Assembly: GCA_964016885.1 (NCBI GenBank)
Contig: OZ024742.1
Location: 123,628,001 to 123,692,000 of the forward strand
Direction: 5' to 3'
From: Eledone cirrhosa
Lineage: Eukaryota
DNA: 64,000 nt
A program made the translations under genes and the position numbers. The notes under the pieces were generated by a model. It was not told the DNA's origin, did no database searches, and saw only the letters and a list, made by a program, of their open reading frames with translations. Every line of letters begins with the position of its first letter. Position 1 is the stretch's first letter. Below are positions 53,985 to 64,000 of the stretch, piece by piece.

Positions 53985-54410
53985 TTCTTCACCCCCTTAT
54001 TTCTGAGAGAGTCGTGGGGGCAGAGTCCTTCTCAAACAATCCTTCCAGCGAGTCTGTTAGTAGCAATCATCTCTAACTGATCCAACTGGATCCCAAAGCG
54101 TGACCAGCCAAGATCATGGATGTTATCCAACTATCTTACTCAGGGTCTACCTTCGGGTCTCTTGCCAGTTGGTTTTGCCTGTAAAATGTGTCCAGCGATT
54201 CTTTACTGAGACATTCTAACCACATGCTCCTAATATCGGAGTTGTGATCTCTCAATTAGGATAAGTAGCGGCTCTACCAGGAGTGACTCTCTGGCCTCTG
54301 AGTTATGCACTTTATCGAGTAACGTAACTCCAAAGACCCTTCGGAGGAATTCCAGTTCTGCCACTTTTATTTGCAATTGTATTCTTTTGGTCATTACTTA
54401 AGATTCAAGG
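53985..54410 (-). mobile_element. RTE-clade LINE 3' fragment
   Basis: Minus strand ELEFLRRVFGVTLLDKVHN..IERSQLRY..KPTGKRPEGRP; same family as 40440-41060. Confidence 0.8.
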
Positions 54411-54998
54411 AAGACAGCGAGTTTGGCTTTTACACTTACCATATTAAATTAGTTTAAAAAAAGAGTTAATAAATAAATAAAACGTGATCATTATTTTACC
54501 CACCCATTTCCAATTTCACCGAACGCTGATATCATGACTGTATGTGTGTGTTTGTGTAAATGTATATGTATGAATATATGTGTGTGTGTATGTATGTGTA
54601 TTTGTGTGAATTATGTCCGTGAGGGTGTATTTTATAAGTTTGTGTTTGCGTGATTATAGATATATACTCATAATAGTTATATACTCATACATATACATGT
54701 ATGTAAGTGCACACTCATACGCGTCAGCGTGTAGAAAATCATAATCTCTCTCATTACACACTCTCGCTTTCTAGAAGTGGTGTTGGTGGTGGCAACGATA
54801 TACCGGAAGTGTAAAATTGAAAAGGAGTCAAATTTTAATTATTTATTTTTACGAAATTATTTGTTTACGAAATTTAGTACATAAATTATGTAATAGTCAT
54901 TCATTATTTATTCAAAGTAATCAAATTTACTTTACAAACTGGATTAAAAGAAATAAACCGTGCGCAGTACCGCAGACCTTGCTTTATTATAGTTTAGA

Positions 54999-55081
54999 TT
55001 GCTCTAGGGTTCTTATATATTTGATAAATATTTATCCTTATCGAGCCCTCTTTGGATTTTAGTCTTCACATTTATTATTAT

Positions 55082-55085
<4 letters not shown>
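54999..55085. repeat. 87-bp direct repeat (partner 56809-56895) flanking a PLE
   Basis: TTGCTCTA(G/C)GGTTCTTATATATTTG..TTATTATTAC, 3 mismatches, each copy followed by (TA)n. Confidence 0.9.
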
Positions 55086-55176
<91 letters not shown>

Positions 55177-55201
55177 AATATATATATATACATATACATA
55201 T

Positions 55202-56803
55202 ACGAAGCATTTTACCCCTACACATAAATATAGTAAACTTTTTAATAGAAATACTATTAGAATTTCTTACTCTACGACTCCTAACCTTGCACATAACATC
55301 ACAGCTTCAAATTTAGCTAAACTACCTAGCCGTAGGAACACGTGCAACCCTGTAGTTAGTACTAACTGTAATTGTAGGATTCGGGTTGATTGCCCCTATC
55401 GCGGAAATGCCTCTCTAGTAACATTGTCTACAAATGTAAGGTTGTAACACCCACGTCCCGTAGGGCCTACATAGGGTTAACCGCCAATAGATTCAAGCAG
55501 CGTCTTTACTTGCATACCCATTCATTTCGTTACCCTCTAAGAAGGAATATGACGTCACTTTCAGCTTATATCTGGAGTCTAAAAGACAACAACACCCAAT
55601 ATAAGTTACACTGGGAGATCCTAGCTAGGGCTAGATCGTCTAACGGAAATAAAAGACCATGTGACCTCTGCGCCGCTGAGGCCCTGGAAATACTCTACGC
55701 CACAGACCACATCTTAAACAAAAAAATCTCAGGCAATTCGGCTTGTAAACATAAATTACGCAAAACTTTCCTGTATTACAGCTCCACGTTATACCCTAAC
55801 GGATAGTACGTTCTATACGTGGATATTTTACGTCTCGATGTGGGAGCTAAGTATATGTTTTGTTTATACCATTACTTATTTGCATAGGTAAGTATATATT
55901 ACCCGTATGTTTTGTGAAGGTACGTATATTTCGCGTACGTATATTTGTTTATGTTATGGCGTATAATTTTATATATTCTGGTACATATGGTTTGGCTATG
56001 TGTGTACGGGAATTTTGCGTCTGTGTGAGTATGCAGGTTCCTACGTATGTAGGGTGTGTATATGTGTACTTCATGTTTTGCTTGACTTACGTCTCCGAAC
56101 ATTCGTGTATTTACATGTAGGTATGTGTGTGCGCTTGTTATATACGTATTTATTTATTTATATACGTTTATATAATTATTTATTTATTTGTATACACGAA
56201 TACACACACACACATATTTATGTGTGTGGTTTTGTATACCTATGGTAAGTGTTTTGCGTATGCTTGTGTATGTACGTATTTGTTTGCGTGTATGTATTTA
56301 TTTATTTCTATTACTTCTGTATTGTATTTATTTACTTTCTTCTTAACTCTGTAGCGGAGATTCATTCGGTCACCTAGTTACAATTTTAGTCTACGACTTC
56401 TGCTATACCATTTACGTGGTTTTGTCTTTGCGTGCTATTGTTGTCCACGCTCCACATATGACGTATTATCTTCTTTTTTTTCGTTCATTGCCAGAGAACG
56501 TCTCTATGAACCACCTAAGAAACATTAGTCTACGACCTCTTTTATACCATAAACGTGGTTCTGTCTTTGCGCGTAATTGTTTTTAACCGCTCCTATTAAT
56601 GACGTATTATATTCGTTTTTTCACGTTCTTTGCCAGCGAACGCTTCCACGAACCAAAGTATCGTCTTCCTGTCTTCCTCCGGTTGCAACGTTTTTTGAAA
56701 TATCCACTTCTGCGTTTACAGATTGATTTTGTTAGTTTCAGAAGATCCCGTTAAGGGTGAAAGCAGCGATTCTTTGCTATAACTTTAATCTGTTATTTTA
56801 ATA
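55202..56803 (+). mobile_element. Penelope-like element (Hydra-type GIY-YIG), 5'-truncated, with degenerate HHR at 56734-56785
   Basis: [77 protein letters not shown]. Confidence 0.9.
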
Positions 56804-56924
56804 AATATTTGCTCTACGGTTCTTATATATTTGATATATATTTATCCTTATCGAGCCCTCTTTGGATTTTAGTCTTCAAATTTATTATTATTACTATATA
56901 TATATGTATATATATATATATATG

Positions 56925-56967
<43 letters not shown>

Positions 56968-57990
56968 TAGGTAGGGCCAAATTTTTAGGTCTCACTCTTG
57001 ACTTAGATACCTCCCTTTATTACCCGTACCACAAACTTAAAGAGTCTCCCAGATACATAAATGTTAATTCGGACCACCCCAAGAACATCACAGATTACTT
57101 AGTTAAAAGGCGTCTCACTCAGAATTTCCGGTCTCTCGTCCAATGAAGATATATTTAGCGCCTCTGCCCCTTACTACAACGACGTCTTCACCCACAGTGG
57201 CTTTAAAGAAAATATTACTTATCTACAAACCATCCCTAGACTACCTAGGAGAAATAGGCATGGGCACATTAGTTGGTACCCCCCACTTCAATAGAGAGGT
57301 TTCTACACCTATAGCTAGGACATTCTTCAAATTGCTGAATGTACACTTCCCCACACAACATAGGTACTACACTATCTTTAAGAAGAATACAATAAGACTC
57401 TCCTACTCCACTACACCTAACCTATCAAGGAATATAGCCAATCTCAACACTACAAAATTACCCCCGAAACCCATCCCTGGACGGGAGCTTTGTGCAACTG
57501 CCAAAAAAAGGAAGCATGCCCACTTGAAAACAAATGCTTGACGAATGACATCGTATATAAATGTGATGTTATCTCAGGCAGTGGTGACAATAACAAAAAG
57601 ACTTATATCAGAATGACTTCCAACAATTTTAAGACCAGGTGGTATGCCCTAACCCACTGATTCAGAAAACCGGACAAATCCAAACAGACAACACTTGCCT
57701 GCTATGTCTGGGACCTCAAGGGGAACCCCACCCCACCCTTTTCACGCTCAAAGGGAAATTACTCCAGAAGCGTGGGAGGACACACATGTGTTGTGACTTT
57801 TGTATTTCAGAGAGCTACGAAATACTATTTGCCAAGGACCCGACACTGAATAAAATCTCTGAACACTGCCCGAATTGCATGCACAAAAGCTTTGCAGCTT
57901 TCAAATATCTAAAGATAGAAAAACCCACTCGACAAAATATCCTCTCCACATCCATCCCAACCTACCCCTAGCCCCATGTCGACCTGCTTC
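56968..57990 (+). mobile_element. Penelope-like element (RT thumb plus Hydra-type GIY-YIG), broken
   Basis: FLGLTLDL..YINVNSDHP, FFKLLNVHFPTQHRYY, CNCQKKEACPLENKC, TYIRMTSNNFKTRW, CDFCISE..LNKISEHCPNCMH. Confidence 0.9.
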
Positions 57991-58240
57991 ACGGTACTAT
58001 TCTTATGTAAGTACTTCTTACCTATCTGCTTTTTCCATATGTATGACGTACTTGAATTGTGCCTCTATGTGTGTATATATGTGTATGTGTATATATGTTG
58101 TATATTTGTATATGTGTGTGCATATATATACCATATATGTGTGTATGTATGCGTGTATATGTAGATATGTATGTGTGTATGTATACGAATGTGTATATAT
58201 ATATATATATGTATTTATATATATGTGTATATATATGTGC

Positions 58241-58317
<77 letters not shown>

Positions 58318-58603
58318 ATTTCGCTTCAAGCATAGCTTATACTGATATGTATAGAAATTTCGTATTTCTAAAGAAGCACTGTATGTTTACAAGGAAATAT
58401 TTAGGAAGCCGTAGCTATGCAAACACCGGGGCTGACGCCCTCTGTGGTGCCCAGCAGAAGCAAGGGGGACAAACGTCTATGCATTTCAGGCTTGACTGGC
58501 CTTCATGAGGACGGTCCCTCTCACATGTACATGTATATATATATATATCCTAGGGTAGTGCCTCAGCCGTGGAACAGGTAAAATAATATATATATATACA
58601 CAC

Positions 58604-58643
<40 letters not shown>

Positions 58644-58648
<5 letters not shown>

Positions 58649-59375
58649 AAAATTAGTCCCTCGTCAGTGATTTGCCAACCATCATTGATATTTCATCGCA
58701 TTAAAAATCATATACCTCAGGTTGGTGCGAGCAATATCTAAAAAAAGCTATTGGGACAAATAAATCGCGTAAAGCGACTGAGACAAGTAAACAACATAGA
58801 AGGATAAAAGCAAACCGAAGATAGGAAAATAAACAAGCAACATGGTTATCCGGTCAGCATAAGCTGCGTGGATTTCATGAGCGACCGTGATACAGACCTT
58901 CCGACGTGAGTGAGATGTGAGCAAGAAAAGACCCCACTACTAGCCAAACGGGAGGAAGTGAGAAGGGGAGAACAGAGAGTGAGTGAGCGGAAGTGCGAGG
59001 AAGCGGTAAGTCGAGAGAAAGTGTAACTGACAGAGGGGGCTAAAGAAGGTGAGAGAAACAGAGAGAATGGGGAAGCAGTAAGAGAGAAACAGACAAACGC
59101 AGCCGAGGTAAATATATATAAAAAGCATGAGAAGAAAGAACAATACTGCGTGGTTGCACATGGGTTACATATGATAAAATTACTCCCTCGTCAGTGATTT
59201 GCCAACCATCATTGATATTTCATCGCATTAAAAATCATATACCTCAGGTTGGTGCGAGCAATAACTAAAAAAAGCTATTGGGACCAGTAAATCGCGTAAA
59301 GTGAGTGAGACAAGTAAACAACATAGAAGGATAAAAGCAAACCGAAGATAGGAAAATAAACAAACAACATGGTTA
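58644..59375 (-). mobile_element. Non-coding element with two 205-bp direct repeats (period 527 bp), (TA)n-bounded
   Basis: 58644-58848 repeated at 59171-59375; HHR-like boxes on the minus strand. Confidence 0.75.
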
Positions 59376-59395
59376 TACATATATATATATATTTT

Positions 59396-59426
<31 letters not shown>

Positions 59427-59544
59427 TATTTTACTTGTTCCACGGCTGAGGCACCACCCTAGGATATATATATATATATTATTTTACTCTTTACCTGTTC
59501 CATCCATCCAACTGAGGCCATGCTGGGGTACCATATATATAAAG

Positions 59545-59800
59545 TCTAAAGTCTGTCTTAAGCCAGAAGGCTCATTTCGTCGGTGCTTATCCAGTTTCAT
59601 GGCATGAAGCGACTGAGAGTACAAGATTCCTCCCTTGTACATCGCAGGGTTGAACCCCCAGCTGTTGGTGGTACTCATTTTCAGCTGAGTATACTGGAGC
59701 AACGTGAAATAAAGTGATTTGTTCAAGAACACAACCCCGGAAATCGAACAGACGACATGATTGTAAAACCAACACCCTTACCACTTGGCCAAGTGCTTCC
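59545..59800 (-). mobile_element. tRNA-derived SINE (family 2)
   Basis: Minus strand TGGCCAAGTGGTAAGG, GTTCGATTTCC, CACTTTATTTCACGTTGCTCCAG. Confidence 0.8.
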
Positions 59801-59852
59801 ATATGTGCGTGTGTATGTATATATATATATATATATATGTATATAAGTATAT

Positions 59853-60150
59853 ATATTTAATATAGAAAAGGGTTTTACAGGACTAGAACTGTTTCATTCG
59901 GGAGAAATCATCAGGAAGCCGACTGTCCAAGTAATATGGTGGTAATTATATCTTTTCGGGTGGTAGGAGAGGGTGGTGATTGGGATAGGTGGATGTCATT
60001 GGTTGATGGGTTTAAAGAAAAGGGAATTCTTTAAAAACTATATTTAGAGTAACAAAGGCAGAAATAATTCTATAGTCAAGTTCAAACTGGAGGTGCCACT
60101 CCTGTTATTTAAGGTTCACTGATTCTAATAATGGCTATGGTCAGGTGTCT
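59853..60150 (-). mobile_element. PLE 3' terminus with hammerhead at 59871-59920
   Basis: Same HHR family as 16557-16605 and 32395-32445; upstream TLNNRSG resembles a GIY-YIG C-terminus. Confidence 0.7.
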
Positions 60151-60154
60151 ACAA

Positions 60155-60222
<68 letters not shown>

Positions 60223-60336
60223 GCGCGCGCGCGCACATAGACGCTCCCACTTTTATACTTATCAATATATATATACACAAATACACACACATATATATAT
60301 ATATATATGTATGCATACACATACACACACATACAT

Positions 60337-60408
<72 letters not shown>

Positions 60409-61522
60409 AGGGAACAACGTTTAAATAAACCATAACCACTCTTAAGAGCCCCTGGCAATTAATGCTATCTATTTCTAAAATTTAAGTTTGACTTCAAAAA
60501 GCATTGTGAAATTTTGAAATGTGTGCATCCCAACGCCAATGACCATACTCATAATACTGGTTCACTATGGATAAAACTGGAGAACACCGGGCGAAATACG
60601 TTTGAAGACAGAAAATAGACAGAGGCACCACACACAAATATACTTACATACGCTTGCATTAGAAGAACCAGATAATTCAAGTGATAGGATTATTAAGCAT
60701 TCTACGTCAATTGTACTATTCCATATATGATTTCGGGGGATATATATCCTGGTACATAAGAGCATATCGATAAATGAATGATTACGAAGGCAGTATGGTA
60801 TATTTTTTATTTTATTTATTTCATTAATTGCATCTGTCTTCGGATTCATTCATACCCCCCCCCCCCCCCCTCACTCTTCCCCCTCTATATATCTATCTTT
60901 ACCCCCTTCTCTCCCAATTGACTCACCATTACATTTTTAAGCACTACAATTTAGACAAATTTTGTTAATTGAGTACATTCTAATTATAGGGTATATGGTA
61001 TAGTTTTGATGTGGATTGTAGCTAAACGTAGCAAAGTTCCACTCCGTCGGCTATCACCTCCGCGGCACCAGGGTACTTATTGTCTTTTCTAGCGGTGATT
61101 TGGTTCCGAGAAAGACGAATTTTACTTTTCTCTCTCTGATTTGTCTGTCTGTCTAATCTGTTCGTTTTATCAGGCAAATATCATACCAATAGAAGTAGTT
61201 ATTTTTCTGTTGCACAAGCCGGCAATTCAATGTGGTACTGTTAATTTAAATCGTGTGAAACCACAGAGAGTCAGAAAGCTGAAGAGGCTAAATGATGTGT
61301 GTGTGATGTCTCGTCCATTTTCTTCCTTTTCTTATTTCTCCCTATCACCTATACGGGCCAATACACTTCTACCGCTGATTTCTGTCCTTTCAAGTAAATT
61401 TTGCCTGACACTGTCATTAAGGGCATTTTGCTGTTTTAATAACTTCCTTGCGTTGGGTTCTTCTCATTATTTTATGAATTCTGATTCACTCAATCTCCGA
61501 GAAAACTTTATATATATATATA

Positions 61523-62334
61523 CTAGCTTAATGACCCGGCGTGACCCGGGTTACTGCTATTCTTATACAGATTAGTAAACAATAAATATGGAGATATATT
61601 TTTTTCTCATATAAAATATATATATATATATATATATCAAAATTGTAATGATAATAGAATTTAGAAATGAAAATTTGTCAATCTTGAAGCACCCCAGGTT
61701 AAACAATATCCGTTGTGTAATTTTGTGTTGGTCCCCAAATGAATAAATTGTTGCTGCTTCAAACTCGTGAGCAACCAATATAGAGTTGACCGTTGGAGAA
61801 ACATGTAGTCGAGAGATCAAGTCCAGCTACCTTGAGGGATTGACCCTGAGATTTGTTAATTGAAATAACAAACCTTAGTTTTATTGGTAACTGAAGCCTC
61901 TTAAGTTCAACCTCACATACAATCACACACATATACTTGTCAGTCAGCAAATATGTATATATAGATGTGTTTAATTCTCTTTGTATCTGATTAAATATTT
62001 ACGTGATGATGTATGTGTATGCAACTTACTAAGGCCTAACGTATGTAACGAATGCACAAACACACACACACTCACGGACACATACACACTCAAATACAAA
62101 ATGTGACGTTGTCGTCGTCGTGTTATAAAATGTCGTTTACTTATAGTCTATAGTATAATATTTTACATAAAATGTTCTATTGTTTTAATCCAAATGAAAA
62201 TAAAACTTACATTTTGTTAATCCCTGGTTCTAATATTATTACGTTGTAATATTTGATTTGATTTGGTCGAGCCGTTTGAGAAAGCATAAGGAAACAGTCA
62301 GATAGACAGACAAATAATTTTATATAGAGAGAGA
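61523..62334 (-). mobile_element. Non-autonomous Helitron with a PIF1 helicase fragment
   Basis: Minus strand 5' TC, RLQLPIKLRFVISINKSQGQSL..CFSNGQLYIGCSRV, 3' hairpin ACCCGG gtcacg CCGGGT then CTAG followed by T. Confidence 0.88.
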
Positions 62335-62344
62335 TAAAGGGTAA

Positions 62345-62654
62345 AGGGTAAAGAATGACCATGGGATTTGTACCTAGAAAGTTGCCCTTCGATACAGAAG
62401 TCCGAGCAATAATATTTGTGGAAGACCAGTAGTCACCCATGTACACCAGTGTCCCCTTTCTCCGCCACCAATATTGTCCAAGGGAAAGGCAAAGCCAATA
62501 CTGCTTGGCATCAGTGACGTTACAATTCATTTCTACAGCTGAGTGAACAGAAGCAACATGCTCAAGAATACAATGCAAAGCCAGGTCCGAGAATTGAAAT
62601 CAGAACATCACAATTGTAATTGTAAGCCCGACGCTCTAACCACTAAGTCATGTG

Positions 62655-62660
<6 letters not shown>
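62345..62660 (-). mobile_element. tRNA-derived SINE (family 2)
   Basis: Minus strand ACTTAGTGGTTAGAGCGTCGG head, TTCTTGAGCATGTTGCTTCTGTTCACTCAGCTG core. Confidence 0.7.
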
Positions 62661-62690
<30 letters not shown>

Positions 62691-63599
62691 ATAATAATAA
62701 TGATAAAAATCTAACCATTCCGAATTTTTGTCTCCAATCTCAACACTAGATTTGAAATTCCATTCCATTTATTTCTACTTTTTATACACATAATGTATTA
62801 GTCACGGCGTACCTTTGCCGTGGAGACTTTGTTAATAAGTTCATTAATGATATGTGCAGAAAGTGATAAAACCTTTTTTAGTAGGTCACACACAAGCTGT
62901 CAGAAATTCCTTTCGGGCATTCTATTTGAGAAACCCACTCAAATGTTTGCATAGCTTCTTCGGGATCTCAGGAGACAAGTAGTCTTTAGCAATAGACTGG
63001 AAACAAGGTAAATCATGTAAATCTCAAATATACAATTCAATGTATGTATTTAATTGGGACACTATTTAGCTATTAGCTGCGTATTAATATTGATGTACTA
63101 TATTTGATTATAAGGAAAATTAAAAATACATTCTAAACAAGGATAGGACTTACTCTTGTCTCTCGGGGTAGGTGGAGTGTAATACCGTAGGGAGGGATTA
63201 GCGAATAAGTAACTTTCGCTTGACATATCTGTCAGAACATATTCTATGCCGTATTTGTATAGCTTACCATTAAACATGTCATCTCTTTCTCTTAAAATAC
63301 AATCACACATTTATATATAAATACGTATGAATACATATAAACATACACCAATACATACTTACACAACGACAAACACACTACCATATATATATATATATAT
63401 GTGTACTAGTAATACGTAGTTAAACTTATTCAAAGTGTAGAGCAACTAAAGTCCGTAGGACTAGTTTGAATATAATTATTAAAGCCACTTTCTACATCGG
63501 CGCCATACCAGGAACGTATATTTCGTTACTCCAGTTGCCGATCGTGTTCAACCTGTGCCTTTGAAAATGAACCGGAAAATATTTAGTAAAATATGAAAA

Positions 63600-64000
63600 T
63601 ACGGAACAAAGGAAGAAGAGCCCAAATGAAGGGAAGTTAATCTAGATGATCTTGTCATTGAGTTGCCGTATTTTATTTGCCTTCTTTGTGGTGTTTCTTT
63701 TATTTGGTATCTGGAGATCGTTTCATGATTAAAGAATTGATTTTTGAAACGGATCTCCGATATACCAACGCATTTCCAGGATTCCGTTTGGAGGTGTTGA
63801 TTCAATGGAGAGACCTCAGATTCGTGTTTTATCGCTGGCATGCTGCATTGTTGATCCAGCGGGCATAACAGAGCGGGCAGTCTATGGTTAATGTAGGCTT
63901 CATATTCATGGGACAAGAGTATCCGAGTTTAACTTTTTGACAGTTAAAGATCTGACGTTATTTGTGTTCTATTGGGAAGTGTGTATCTTTGAGAGCTAAA
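63600..64000 (-). mobile_element. Degenerate Penelope-like element (Hydra-type), runs off the window
   Basis: DTHFPIEHK*RQIFNCQKVKLGYS and LCPLDQQC..CVGISEIRFKNQFFNH. Confidence 0.7.

Overview
AT-rich, microsatellite-laden animal DNA. The SINE heads and (TA)n/(CA)n density suggest an octopus-type mollusc genome (inference). The only host coding sequence I can support is a 48-nt exon (34791-34838, +) encoding ..EGSMWTGWWTYEGISG, typical of CA10-like carbonic anhydrase-related proteins, so most of the window is probably intronic. The rest is mobile DNA: many Penelope-like elements (PLEs) and non-coding derivatives sitting in (TA)n tracts, a near full-length CR1/L2-group LINE with an unusual ORF1, L1/Tx1, CRE and RTE LINE fragments, tRNA-SINEs, Helitrons and a mariner relic. 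The most striking hidden structure is RNA-level. About 20 type I hammerhead ribozyme (HHR) motifs from about a dozen unrelated families lie in inverted or tandem elements, including U3-A8 and U10.1/U11.1 core variants and retrozyme-like tandems. In addition, a bulged hairpin (ACTC-stem-NN-GAGT) with covariation sits 0-5 nt beyond the element end in several unrelated families. All coordinates and folds were read by eye; no searches were run.
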